From an uncultured Thermodesulfobacteriota bacterium (lineage in GTDB: Bacteria > Desulfobacterota > DSWW01), in contig CAYLMK010000005.1 of assembly GCA_964384945.1 (NCBI GenBank), positions 99,549 through 163,548 of the forward strand: a stretch of DNA of 64,000 nt, given 5' to 3'. Positions 50,382 to 59,953 of this stretch are shown piece after piece. Position 1 is the stretch's first letter. Each line of letters starts with the position of its first letter. Below the pieces are notes generated by a model. The model did not search any database. It saw only the letters and a list, made by a program, of their open reading frames with translations, and was not told the DNA's origin. Position numbers and translations under genes: made by a program.

Positions 50382-51977
50382 GTGCAGATTGTCGAAATAG
50401 GGGTGGAATCGGTATGTGGAGACGGAAGCTTGCATCGCCGACACATCTTCACCGCTCTGTTCGCCGCGTTCCTCGCTTCGGTCGCCGGCTGTGGAACGAC
50501 CGAGACGGCAGAGGAACCCCCGGAACATTCTCAACCCAATATCGTCCTGATCCTCGCCGACGACATGGGCGTCGCCTCGGTGGGGGCCTACCACCCGGAA
50601 TCCGGGGTTCCGACGCCCAACATCGATCGATTGGCGGACGAGGGCATGCGTTTCCTCGACGCGCACTCTGGCTCGGCGGTCTGCTCTCCCACGCGCTACG
50701 GACTCTTGACCGGCCGCTATGCCTGGCGCACGAGCCTGAAGTCCGGGGTCCTCAACCCGTGGGAGGGGCCCCTGATCAGCGAGGAGCGCCTGACGATCGC
50801 CGATCTCCTGCGGGAGCAGGGCTATCGGACCGCTTGCTTCGGCAAGTGGCACTTGGGCTGGCGCTGGCCAGACATCCGCGGGCGGCCGACGACGAACGGG
50901 TGGGCGGTGGACTACACGAAGCCGATCCGCGGCGGCCCTCTTGCACACGGCTTCGACCACTACTTCGGCGACGACGTGCCCAATTGTCCGCCTTATGTGT
51001 GGATCGAGGACGAGCGCGCGCGCGCGATCCCGACCGACTTCATGCGGGCGGACCCGTCGAACGGCGTGTCGGCCGGGCCGATGACTCCCGGGTGGCGCCT
51101 CGATGCGGTGTTGCCCACCCTGACGGAGCGCTGCGTCGACTACATCGCACAGGCGGCCCATGCGGGACAGCCCTTCTTCCTCTATTTCCCCATGACATCG
51201 CCCCACGCCCCGATCAGTCCTTCGGAGGCGTTCCGGGGCACGAGCGGCGTGAGCAGGTACGTGGACTTCCTGATCGAGACCGACTGGGCGGTGGGGGAGG
51301 TGCTGCGCGCCCTGGAGGACAACGGAATCGCCGGCAACACGCTCGTGATCTTTACCGCCGACAACGGCACTTCGCCCGAGTGCGATTTCGAATGGCTCGC
51401 GGCCCGTGGAATCGATCTGCGCGCCCGCTGGCGAGGCTACAAGGCCGACATCTGGGAGGGAGGCCACCGCGTTCCCTTCCTCGTGCGTTGGCCGGGGGTG
51501 ATCCATCCCCGCTCGACCTCGGCCGGGAGGGTCTCGCTCGTCGACGTGATGGCCACCGTTGCCGAAATCGTGGGTTACGACCTGCCCGAGTCCGCCGCCG
51601 AGGACAGCGTGAGCCTTCTCCCCGCCCTGCTGGACGAGGAGGAGAACGCCCCGCTGCGCGAAGCGGTGATCACCCACAGCTCACTCGGCTGCTTCGCGAT
51701 CCACTCCGGCCCCTGGAAGCTCGCCTTCTGCCCGGGCTCCTGCGGCTGGTCTGAACCGGTGAACCCCGATACAGCCGGCTTCGGCCTGCCGGGCTATCAG
51801 CTCTACGACATGACCGCAGACCCCGGAGAACAACACAACCTGTGCGACGAGTATCCGGAGATCGTCTCGGAGCTCACGGACCTCTTCTGGGAGATCGTCA
51901 CCAGCGGACGCTCCACGCCGGGCGCGCAGGTGTCGAACGACGGCCCGGCCGTGTGGGCGCAGCTACCCTGGTCCTAG
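50382..51977 (+). CDS. Sulfatase (arylsulfatase family) lipoprotein
   Basis: The formylglycine motif 'CSPTRYGLLTGR' (C-x-P-x-R), 'NIVLILADDMG' and 'GKWHLG' are present. Lipobox 'LASVAGCGT'. A TTG start at ~50430 ('MHRRHIFTALFAAF...') would give a canonical signal peptide. Confidence 0.9.
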   Translation: MQIVEIGVESVCGDGSLHRRHIFTALFAAFLASVAGCGTTETAEEPPEHSQPNIVLILADDMGVASVGAYHPESGVPTPNIDRLADEGMRFLDAHSGSAVCSPTRYGLLTGRYAWRTSLKSGVLNPWEGPLISEERLTIADLLREQGYRTACFGKWHLGWRWPDIRGRPTTNGWAVDYTKPIRGGPLAHGFDHYFGDDVPNCPPYVWIEDERARAIPTDFMRADPSNGVSAGPMTPGWRLDAVLPTLTERCVDYIAQAAHAGQPFFLYFPMTSPHAPISPSEAFRGTSGVSRYVDFLIETDWAVGEVLRALEDNGIAGNTLVIFTADNGTSPECDFEWLAARGIDLRARWRGYKADIWEGGHRVPFLVRWPGVIHPRSTSAGRVSLVDVMATVAEIVGYDLPESAAEDSVSLLPALLDEEENAPLREAVITHSSLGCFAIHSGPWKLAFCPGSCGWSEPVNPDTAGFGLPGYQLYDMTADPGEQHNLCDEYPEIVSELTDLFWEIVTSGRSTPGAQVSNDGPAVWAQLPWS

Positions 51978-52043
51978 GGGGCCGGGCGGGTCGACCTCGA
52001 CCGCGCACTTAAAGAGTGGCGCTCCATGTGCTAGTATGTTTGC

Positions 52044-52739
52044 ATGGGTGCCTTCATCAAACACATCTATTGGATCGACCCGGTCGAACATCGGGACGCA
52101 CTCGCCGAACTTTCCAACGAGAGCAAATTCGTCTACAGGGCCAGGCACACGCCCTGCCAGGCCCTGTACCCCCGCCGGGAGGTCGTCCTGGTCGAGCCCG
52201 GCGTCTGGGATCTCCAATGCAGTCGTCAGGGGTCCTGGTACCGATCGTCGCGCCGGAACGGCCGGTGGCTCCTCGTTACGAACCGGCCCCTGGACGCCTT
52301 CGTTCCCTGGGGCTGCGTCACGCTGGAGGACTTCCGGCCGCCCCGGATCGCCACGGACGAAGACGTGATCGAGCTGCTGAGCCACGCCCGTGCCCCCGCG
52401 GTTCTCCCCTTGGGCTGGGGAATCTTCTCTCCGTGGGAGGTCCAGGCCATCCGGGCCTATCTGGCGGCCGAGAAGATCGAGCGTTCCCTCCAGGAGGTTT
52501 TCGCATACTATACGGCCAACCACCTGAACTTCGTTTTTCCCCGGCTCTTTCTCCGGGAGGGAGACGGCCCGGTTATCCCCTACTCGATCCACAGGACGGC
52601 CCTCGTCTGCTCGGCCTGTGTCGAGATCTTCGGCATCCTTGGAGAGGATTACCCGGTGAAGTATCTCGCGCCCTGTCCGGGCCTGAAGTACGTGAAGACA
52701 ACCACTTCCCAGTACCTTTGCATCCGATGCGGTTCATGA
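52044..52739 (+). CDS. Hypothetical protein with C-terminal Cys4 zinc-ribbon-like motif
   Basis: 231 aa of balanced composition. The C-terminus has 'CSACVEI...CPGLKYV...CIRCGS'. No family recognised. It overlaps the plsC start by 13 nt. Confidence 0.4.
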   Translation: MGAFIKHIYWIDPVEHRDALAELSNESKFVYRARHTPCQALYPRREVVLVEPGVWDLQCSRQGSWYRSSRRNGRWLLVTNRPLDAFVPWGCVTLEDFRPPRIATDEDVIELLSHARAPAVLPLGWGIFSPWEVQAIRAYLAAEKIERSLQEVFAYYTANHLNFVFPRLFLREGDGPVIPYSIHRTALVCSACVEIFGILGEDYPVKYLAPCPGLKYVKTTTSQYLCIRCGS

Positions 52740-53413
52740 ATTCGGGCAGGAAGGAGGCCGTTCGAGGCGCCGGGAGATCTTCGGGGATCCGGGTGGACGA
52801 GGACCGCCTCAGCCTCCTCCTGTGGAAGGCGAACCGGCTCTACTGCAAGACGAGGCACCGGTTCGTGTGGGAGGGTCCCGACCCCATCCCTATGTCGGGC
52901 CCGGCGATCCTGGTGAGCAATCACCGCAGCAGCGTCGATCCCTTCATTCTCGCCGCAACCACCCGCCGGGTGATTTCGTACCTCGTCGCTCAGGAATACT
53001 GCCGGATTCCGGGCATCCGCTGGTTTTTCGACTGGATGCGGTGCGTCCCGGTCCGGAGGGACCGGAAAGATGTCGGGGCGGTCCGGAGATCGCTGGCCGA
53101 ACTCGGCGGCGGCAGGCTGCTTTGCATCTTCCCGGAGGGAGGGATCCGCCGGGGATTCGAGCATCCTCATCTGGGAATGGGCTACCTGTCCCTGAAATCC
53201 GGGGCGCCCGTGATCCCGGCCTTTGTTTACGGGACCCCGTCCTCCGCCTCCGTATGGAAGGCCCTGTTCATGTCCTCCCGGGCCCGCGTGTCCTTCGGCG
53301 CCGTCTGCCGGCCCCCTTCGAATCGATCCCGGAGGATCGATCGGGATCTTGTCATCGAGTGGACCCGCGAGCTGACCCGGGCGGTCACGGACCTGATCCC
53401 TCGAGGGCCTTGA
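52727..53413 (+). CDS. plsC: 1-acyl-sn-glycerol-3-phosphate acyltransferase (PlsC family)
   Basis: H(X)4D motif 'VSNHRSSVDPF' and 'FPEGG' motif III. Confidence 0.85.
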   Translation: MRFMNSGRKEAVRGAGRSSGIRVDEDRLSLLLWKANRLYCKTRHRFVWEGPDPIPMSGPAILVSNHRSSVDPFILAATTRRVISYLVAQEYCRIPGIRWFFDWMRCVPVRRDRKDVGAVRRSLAELGGGRLLCIFPEGGIRRGFEHPHLGMGYLSLKSGAPVIPAFVYGTPSSASVWKALFMSSRARVSFGAVCRPPSNRSRRIDRDLVIEWTRELTRAVTDLIPRGP

Positions 53414-53517
53414 GCCCGGATCCGGCGGCGGCCGGAACGGCCGTCCGATTTCGTTTGACGGTCCTGTTGTACTCGTATAGGTTTGTTTTCGTCCACGAGG
53501 GAAATGCAGGAGTACCC

Positions 53518-55410
53518 ATGAAGAAAGAGTACGCCGCCCTGCTGCGGGCCAAGATGAGCGAGGAAGGCCTTCGCAAGCTCACGACCCTCGAAAACGAAAA
53601 GCTCTTCGATTTCGTCGGGGAATACGTCGAGCTTTGCGAGCCGGACAGTGTTTACATGTGCGACGACAGCGACGAAGACGCGGAATACGTCCGCCGGATG
53701 GCCCTGAAGGAGGGCGAGGAAAAGAGGCTGGCCAAAGAGGGGCAGACGGTTCACTACGACGGCTATGAGGACCAGGGGCGGGACAAGGCCAATACCAAGT
53801 TCATGGTATCCGCGGAAAACCTCGCCAGGATGGGCAACCTGAACTGCGTGGAGTACGAGGAGGGCCTGGCCGAGATCCGGCGGATCGCCCGGGGGATCAT
53901 GAAGGGCAAGACGGCGATTGTGAAGCTTTTCTGTGAGTGCCCGACCCGGAGCCCGTTTTCGATCGGCTGCGCGCAGATCACCGACTCTTTTTACGTATCG
54001 CACTCCGAGGATATCCTCTACCGGCGGGGCTACGAACATTTCCTGCACATGAAAGACAAGAACGATTTCTTCCGTTTCCTGCACAGCGCGGGCAAACTCG
54101 ACGAGCGCGGCTGCACCGTGAACCTGCGCGAGCGCCGCATCTACCAGGACATCGAGAACATGACCGTCTACTCCCTCAACGACCAGTACGCGGGCAACTC
54201 GGTGGGGTTGAAGAAGCTCGCCATGCGGCTCGCCATCAAGAAGGCCTCCGGAGAGGGCTGGCTGTGCGAGCATATGTTCATCATGGGGTGCCAGAACCGG
54301 GAGAAGGGGCGAACCACGTATTTCTGCGGCGCCTATCCCTCCGCCTGCGGCAAGACGGCCACCGCCATGCTTCCGGGGGAAACCCTGGTCGGAGACGACA
54401 TCGCCTATTTCCTGAAGCTCGACGGCGAGTTCCGCGCCGCAAACGTGGAGAGAGGAATCTTCGGAATCATTCAGGACGTCAATCCCAAAGACGACCCGGT
54501 CATCTTCGACACCCTGATGCAACCGAAGGAAATGATCTTCTCGAACGTCCTGACCGGCGCGGACAACAACCCGTACTGGCAGGGCATGGGCGTCGAGACG
54601 CCCAGGGAGGGAACCAACCACTCGGGACCCGGCTGGTTTCAGGGCAAGAAGGACGCCAAGGGCAAGGAGATTCCCCTTTCTCACCCCAACGCCCGCTACA
54701 CCATCCGGATGGAGTACCTCGCCAACCTGGACCCGGCCTGGAACGACAAGAAGGGCGTGCTCGTGGGGGGCGTGATTTACGGGGGCAGGGACAGCGACAC
54801 CTCCGTGCCCGTCGAGGAATCCCTCGACTGGCAGGACGGGATCATCATGAAGGCCTGCACGCTCGAGTCGGAGACCACGGCGGCCACCCTCGGAAAGGAG
54901 GGGGTCCGGGCCCCCCAGCCGATGGCCAATCTTGATTTCATCAGTTACCCGCTCGGAGAGTACATCCGGAACAACATCCTTTTCGTCAAGGGCTTGAAGA
55001 AGGTGCCTCCCATCTTCTGCGTGAACTACTTCCTAAAGGACGAAAAGGGCGCGTTCTGCAACCACAAGCTCGCCAAGAAGGTCTGGGTTCACTGGGCGGA
55101 ACAGAGGGCGCACCGTGAAGTGGAAGCCCTCCGGACGCCCACCGGGCTCATCCCGACCTATCGAGACCTCAAGAGTCTGTTTCGGAGAATCTTCGACGAG
55201 GAGTACACGGAAGAGGACTACCGTTACCAGTTCACGTTCCGGTGCGACGCCTGGCTGGCCAAACTGGAGCGTTCGAGGGCGTACTACCGCGAGAACGTGC
55301 CCGATTGTCCCCAAATCCTTTACGAGACCTGGGCAAGGGCCACGGAGAGGATTCGGGCCGCCAGGGCGAAGTTCGGGGCGTTCATCGCGCCGGGGGAGTA
55401 CCGGGAGTAA
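53518..55410 (+). CDS. pckG: Phosphoenolpyruvate carboxykinase (GTP)
   Basis: 630 aa. Kinase-1a P-loop 'YPSACGKTA', 'FSIGCAQITDS', and the GTP-PEPCK C-terminal nucleotide-binding domain. Confidence 0.95.
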   Translation: MKKEYAALLRAKMSEEGLRKLTTLENEKLFDFVGEYVELCEPDSVYMCDDSDEDAEYVRRMALKEGEEKRLAKEGQTVHYDGYEDQGRDKANTKFMVSAENLARMGNLNCVEYEEGLAEIRRIARGIMKGKTAIVKLFCECPTRSPFSIGCAQITDSFYVSHSEDILYRRGYEHFLHMKDKNDFFRFLHSAGKLDERGCTVNLRERRIYQDIENMTVYSLNDQYAGNSVGLKKLAMRLAIKKASGEGWLCEHMFIMGCQNREKGRTTYFCGAYPSACGKTATAMLPGETLVGDDIAYFLKLDGEFRAANVERGIFGIIQDVNPKDDPVIFDTLMQPKEMIFSNVLTGADNNPYWQGMGVETPREGTNHSGPGWFQGKKDAKGKEIPLSHPNARYTIRMEYLANLDPAWNDKKGVLVGGVIYGGRDSDTSVPVEESLDWQDGIIMKACTLESETTAATLGKEGVRAPQPMANLDFISYPLGEYIRNNILFVKGLKKVPPIFCVNYFLKDEKGAFCNHKLAKKVWVHWAEQRAHREVEALRTPTGLIPTYRDLKSLFRRIFDEEYTEEDYRYQFTFRCDAWLAKLERSRAYYRENVPDCPQILYETWARATERIRAARAKFGAFIAPGEYRE

Positions 55411-55473
55411 CTGTGCGCGGGTGAAATCAGCCTGTTGAGAAGGAGGACTTGGAAGGCCGCCTGGTGGCACGCG

Positions 55474-58400
55474 TCAGGATGCGTGGTGCGGGTTCCGGTC
55501 GGCCGGCGGAGCTGAACCGGCCTTTGACACGCCGGCGGCCGAGAGCGTAAACGTGAAGGTGCTTCCCCGGCCCTTTCGGCTCTCGACCGTGAGGCTACCG
55601 CCGTAGTGGGTGATGACTTCTTTGCAGATGGGAAGGCCGAGCCCCGTGCCCTTGGGCTTTTCCCCGAGAGAGTCGTGGGAGCCCTGCCGGAACTTGTCGA
55701 AGATGATTTCCTGGTCCTTCTCGTCGATTCCGATGCCGTTGTCCGAGACGCTCACCCGGATCCACCGGCCCGGATCGCCCTCCCGCCTGCCCGCAAAGCT
55801 CGCGGCGCGCACCCGGATCTCGCCGCCCTTCCAGGAAAATTTCACGGCGTTGCTCAGCAGGTTCGTCAGGACCTGCTGAATCCGGTCCCGGTCCGCGAAA
55901 ACGGGCGGCAGATCCGCCTCGATCTCCAGGACCAGTCCGAGGGATTTCTCCTCCAGAAGCCCGCCCGAGGCCCTGGCCGCGTCGCGGATCACCTCCTCCA
56001 GGCTGAACACGCTGTCCTGCCAGACCATACCGCCCGCCTCGATCCGGCTGAGATCCAGGAGATCATTGATGAGCCGCGTGAGCCTTTCCGCCTCGGAGTT
56101 GATGATGCCGAGAAACTCCCGGCCGTTTTCCGGATCGAGGTCGCCGTACCGCAGCAGGATCTCGGAGAAAGACCGGATCGAGGTAAGAGGGGTCCTCAAT
56201 TCGTGCGAGACGGATGAAAGGAAGGCGTCTTTCATCTTGTCGAGTTCCTTGAGCCGCTCGTACGCCTCCTCCAGGTCCCGGGTCCGCTGCCTCACCCGTT
56301 CTTCGAGTTCCTCGTTGAGCTTTCGGACTTCTTCCTCGGCCTGTCGCTGTTTTTCGATTCCCCTGCGGAGATCCTCGTTGACCGCGCGAAGTTCCCGGGT
56401 GCGCACCTCGACCAGGGCCTCGAGGTGTTCCTTGTGTTTCCTCAGTTCGATCTCGGCCCTCTTGCCCCACATCGCCTCCTGAACCGCCACGCAGAGGCTT
56501 TCGGCGATTTCCCGGTCTTCGGCGGTGTAACGGGACGCCTTGTTGGCCAGCCCGAGCATGCCCCCCACGCGCCCCCTCTCCTTCATGGGCACGCCCAGGA
56601 ACGCCCGGAGTTCGGGATGGCCCGCCGGAAGGCCCACCCGGGCGGGGTGTCGGGCCGGGTCGTTGGCGATGACGGCCTCTCCGGTCCGCCAGACCTCCCC
56701 CCAGATCCCTCGGGGCTTGCGATCCTCAAGGAGATTCACAGCCGTGGGTTTGGGCATCCGGCACGCCTCCCACCCCGGGTCGCTCATGGCAACGACGGTG
56801 AGTTTCCCTTCCGTGTCCATTTGCCCGAGGAACCCGAACTCGCTTTGGGTGAGCTCCAGTGCCACATCGAGGCACTTGCGGGCCACTTCCTCCTCCGTGT
56901 CGCAGGAGAGGGTTTCCCGAAAGACCTTGTTGATTCCCTCGAGAAGCGCGCTTTGCAGGAAGGCGCGATCTTCGGCTTTCCTGCGCTCCGTTACATCGCT
57001 GATGAAGCACAGGGTTGCCGGCCTTCCCTCCCACAGAATGGAGGTCGCCCTCATCTCGAACCATCGGACACCCCCGGCCTTGTGCAGGACCCGGAACGCA
57101 TAGACCTGGGCCTCCGAAGTGCCGTGAAGGCTCTCCAGATATTTTCGAGCAACGGTGTCGCGGTCGTCCGGATGGACCAGATCCAGGAAGTTGACCCCGC
57201 TGAGCTCGGCCCGGGTGTAGCCGGCCATCTCGGCGGCCCGGCGGTTGCCGAACCGGAACAGGCCGTCCTGGACGACGAAGATACCCTCGTTGGCGTTCTT
57301 GACGAGGGCGTGGTACCGCTCCTCCGAAACCTTCAGATCCTCTTCCGCCTTCTTGCGCGCCGTAATGTCGATCCCGAGAACCAGGACCGCCTCGGAGCCG
57401 TCCGCGTCCCGAAACGGATACGCGTACATCTGGAACGTGCGCCCTTTGGGCCTGTGAGAAAACTCCCAATGCCGAACCCGCCGGTCCTGTCCCCTATCGA
57501 TGGCATGGCAGACCTTGCAGGGACTCGGGCGTCCTGTCGCGATTTCGTAGCAGCGCTTTCCCCCGGGATCTCCGAACGTCTCGCGAAAGTACCGGTTGGC
57601 GAAGCGGATGGAGAAATCAGCCCCCCGGACGTACACGAACCCGGGCAGTTCTTCGAGAACCGTAAGAAACCGGGCCCGCTCGGCTTCCAGAACTTCCTGG
57701 GTTTGCTTTTGCTCCGTGATGTCGGTCAGGCAACAGAGGCTCGCGGGCCTTCCCTCCCAGGAGAGGAAGGCGGAATTCATCTGGAGCCATCGCTCCCTTC
57801 CATCCTTGTGGAGAATGCGGAACTGATAGCTCGCCTGCTCCCTGTTGCCCTCCATCCTTTCCCGATGCATGCGAAGGACCTTCTCCAGATCCTCGGGATG
57901 GATCAAGAAAGCAAACTTCCGTTCCGGCACCTCGTCCAGACGCCGGTAGCCGGTCAACCGGGAGGCCTTCGAGTTGGCGAAGCGCAACAACCCGTCCTGA
58001 ACCACGATGATTGCCTCGTTGGCGTTCTCGACCAGGACGCGGTACCGTTCCTCCGAACGCTGGAGCTGCTCCTCGGCGCGCTTACGGTCGGAGATATCTA
58101 TACCCAGAGCCAGGACAAATCCGGTGCCGTCCGCGTCGACGAACGGATACCCGTACATCTGGAAGGTCATGCCCCTGGAGGCGTGGGAATACTCCCAGGT
58201 TCGCACCGAGCTTCCCTCGAACACCTCGAGCAGTTTGCAGTTTTCGCACGGTACGGCAAGGCCTTTCAGCGCCTCGTGACAGCGCTTCCCCGCCGGGTCT
58301 CCGAAGACTTCCCGGAAACGGCGGTTGGTGTATACCATTCTGAGATCCCTGTCCCGCAGGGAAACTACGGCTGGGAGATCCTCGAGCACCGAGTAGAAGC

Positions 58401-58758
58401 GGTAACGCCCGGCTTCGATCTTTTCCTCTGGCTGCTTGCAATCGGCTGGGATGGAGTCGATCACGGCTCGGAGAGGGGAAACCTCTTCCAGCGGTGGAAG
58501 GTCGATCTGCTGCGGACCCTTCTCTGCGAGAGACCTCACGCAAGAACTCGTCTGCCTTTGCTCAGGCTCGCCCGGCATGGCGTCGTTCCTTTTGCCGCGG
58601 GGAAATCTCCCGAACCACCCTTTCGCGGTCCAGGGGCATTTCGGCCGCGAGAACCCGCCTCTTTCCTCCTCACGGTCTGCATCGGTACCACGGGAGGGAA
58701 ACTTGAGAACCCCGTCATCGCCTCTCAAGGGCCGGAAGGGAAGGTTGTGCAACCACAA
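55474..58758 (-). CDS. Cytoplasmic multi-sensor histidine kinase: (PAS-PAS)x2 - GAF - coiled coil - HisKA - HATPase
   Basis: No transmembrane segments. H-box 'SHELRTPLTSIRSF', N-box 'LTNLLSNAVKFS', G-boxes 'DNGIGI' and 'GTGLGLPICK'. The PAS-PAS module is tandemly duplicated. The probable true start is the internal ATG at ~58578 ('MPGEPEQRQ'). Confidence 0.9.
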   Translation of the reverse strand: MWLHNLPFRPLRGDDGVLKFPSRGTDADREEERGGFSRPKCPWTAKGWFGRFPRGKRNDAMPGEPEQRQTSSCVRSLAEKGPQQIDLPPLEEVSPLRAVIDSIPADCKQPEEKIEAGRYRFYSVLEDLPAVVSLRDRDLRMVYTNRRFREVFGDPAGKRCHEALKGLAVPCENCKLLEVFEGSSVRTWEYSHASRGMTFQMYGYPFVDADGTGFVLALGIDISDRKRAEEQLQRSEERYRVLVENANEAIIVVQDGLLRFANSKASRLTGYRRLDEVPERKFAFLIHPEDLEKVLRMHRERMEGNREQASYQFRILHKDGRERWLQMNSAFLSWEGRPASLCCLTDITEQKQTQEVLEAERARFLTVLEELPGFVYVRGADFSIRFANRYFRETFGDPGGKRCYEIATGRPSPCKVCHAIDRGQDRRVRHWEFSHRPKGRTFQMYAYPFRDADGSEAVLVLGIDITARKKAEEDLKVSEERYHALVKNANEGIFVVQDGLFRFGNRRAAEMAGYTRAELSGVNFLDLVHPDDRDTVARKYLESLHGTSEAQVYAFRVLHKAGGVRWFEMRATSILWEGRPATLCFISDVTERRKAEDRAFLQSALLEGINKVFRETLSCDTEEEVARKCLDVALELTQSEFGFLGQMDTEGKLTVVAMSDPGWEACRMPKPTAVNLLEDRKPRGIWGEVWRTGEAVIANDPARHPARVGLPAGHPELRAFLGVPMKERGRVGGMLGLANKASRYTAEDREIAESLCVAVQEAMWGKRAEIELRKHKEHLEALVEVRTRELRAVNEDLRRGIEKQRQAEEEVRKLNEELEERVRQRTRDLEEAYERLKELDKMKDAFLSSVSHELRTPLTSIRSFSEILLRYGDLDPENGREFLGIINSEAERLTRLINDLLDLSRIEAGGMVWQDSVFSLEEVIRDAARASGGLLEEKSLGLVLEIEADLPPVFADRDRIQQVLTNLLSNAVKFSWKGGEIRVRAASFAGRREGDPGRWIRVSVSDNGIGIDEKDQEIIFDKFRQGSHDSLGEKPKGTGLGLPICKEVITHYGGSLTVESRKGRGSTFTFTLSAAGVSKAGSAPPADRNPHHAS
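56875..58332 (-). repeat. Internal tandem duplication (~729 bp x2) encoding paired PAS modules of the histidine kinase
   Basis: Protein repeats run 'FREVFGDPAGKRCHEALKGLAVPCENC...EERYRVLVENANEAIIVVQD' and 'FRETFGDPGGKRCYEIATGRPSPCKVCHAI...EERYHALVKNANEGIFVVQD'. The same is visible in the antisense ORFs at 57245 and 58007 (period ~726 nt). Confidence 0.7.
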
Positions 58759-58855
58759 GCTCGCCGAGAAGGCCCGGCTTGACGGGATGGAGAGGATTCA
58801 GGCCGCCAGGGCGAAGTTCGGGGCGCTCATCGCGCCGGGGGAGTACCCGCAGTAG
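58745..58855 (+). pseudogene. Truncated duplicate of the pckG 3' end (gene remnant)
   Basis: Encodes '...LCNHKLAEKARLDGMERIQAARAKFGALIAPGEYPQ*'. Compare pckG 'FCNHKLAKK...' (~55055-55080) and the pckG C-terminus 'ERIRAARAKFGAFIAPGEYRE*' (55345-55410). It is in the same orientation as pckG, on the far side of the histidine kinase gene. Confidence 0.6.
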
Positions 58856-58916
58856 CAAGGTTGCCCGAGTCGCGCAGGGTCGGGGGGCCGTGCCGCTTCC
58901 CGGCCTCCGTCACGGG

Positions 58917-59090
58917 CTACTGGCCTCGAATGGCCTGCTCGGGACAGATATCCGCGCAGTATCCGCACTCCGTACAGATCGCAGGGTCGATGACGTAGCC
59001 TTCCCCATCCCTGACGATCGCCCGCAAGGGGCATTCCTCGAAGCACTTTCCGCACAAGTTGCACTTGTCCGTATAAATCACGTACGCCAT
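58917..59090 (-). CDS. 2x[4Fe-4S] ferredoxin (small)
   Basis: 57 aa, 'MAYVIYTDKCNLCGKCFEECPLRAIVRDGEGYVIDPAICTECGYCADICPEQAI', with two CxxCxxCxxxCP clusters. It starts 1 nt after the upstream HDAC-like gene's stop. Confidence 0.8.
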   Translation of the reverse strand: MAYVIYTDKCNLCGKCFEECPLRAIVRDGEGYVIDPAICTECGYCADICPEQAIRGQ

Positions 59091-59091
59091 T

Positions 59092-59844
59092 TCATGCAAA
59101 CCCTTCCAGAAATGCGAGAACGTGCCTGCCCAGCACGTGATGGTTGTATCCCCCCTCGAGCAAGGCGTACCGGCGCCCTTGGCACGATCGAAGGGCGTAG
59201 TCCTTGGCGATCTCTCCCAGACGCCGGAAGTCACGTTCGTCCAGGAGATCTCCCCAGTCCTTCCTTCCCCGGTCGAATCCGGCGGAGACGGCCAGGATGT
59301 CCCGGTCTCCCGCCCGCCGCAGGTCCGAATCGGCCCGCTCCAGGAATGCGTCCGCGCTGCGGCCATCGGGATGAAGGTAGGCGACAGCCGGGTCCCCGAA
59401 GAAAATGTTTTCCGTCCCGTCGCCGAAGTGAAGGTCGAAGTCGAGTATGGCGGCGCTGTCGACCGAGCCCGAAGCGCGCAGGGCCTGCAACGAGACGGCC
59501 AGGTTGTTGAAAAAGCAGAAGCCCCAGCAGTCGGCACGGCTCGCGTGGTGGCCCGGGGGGCGGATCAGCCCGAAGCAAGGCTCGCCCGCACACGCCTGCC
59601 GGGCTGCGAGCAGGGCCCCGCCCGCGGCCAGCGCGGCGATCTCGAACAGTCGACGGTCCCGCCGTATGGACTCCACATGGAGCCCCGCGTGCGCGAGCAG
59701 CAGGGCGGCCTCATCCGCCGGTTCCGGTTCCACAAAGGGAAAACGCCCCTCGAGGCAGTCGCGGATCGCCTCGATCCGGCCCGGCACCGAAGCAGGGTCA
59801 CCGGCATAGACCTCGCAGTACCGCGGACTGTATACGATCTTCAC
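59092..59844 (-). CDS. Histone deacetylase/acetoin-utilisation (arginase-deacetylase fold) family protein, short form
   Basis: 'RPPGHHA' and 'LDFDLHFGDGTE' are the HDAC-family metal/active-site motifs. At 250 aa it is shorter than AcuC/HDAH. Confidence 0.7.
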   Translation of the reverse strand: MKIVYSPRYCEVYAGDPASVPGRIEAIRDCLEGRFPFVEPEPADEAALLLAHAGLHVESIRRDRRLFEIAALAAGGALLAARQACAGEPCFGLIRPPGHHASRADCWGFCFFNNLAVSLQALRASGSVDSAAILDFDLHFGDGTENIFFGDPAVAYLHPDGRSADAFLERADSDLRRAGDRDILAVSAGFDRGRKDWGDLLDERDFRRLGEIAKDYALRSCQGRRYALLEGGYNHHVLGRHVLAFLEGFA

Positions 59845-59953
59845 GTTCTCGAAACCCCGGAAGTTTCAGGTCGGATCGCGCCGATTGCCTTATTTCCATA
59901 ACGGGTACATTATAGATTCCGGATAGCGACGGTTCAACCGCAGGGTACCGAGC

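Noticed and set aside
52016-52726. N-terminal 237 codons of the 465-aa ORF containing plsC
   Set aside because: It is Pro/Arg/Gly-rich junk in an alternative frame of the hypothetical Zn-ribbon protein gene. The real plsC starts at the ATG at 52727.
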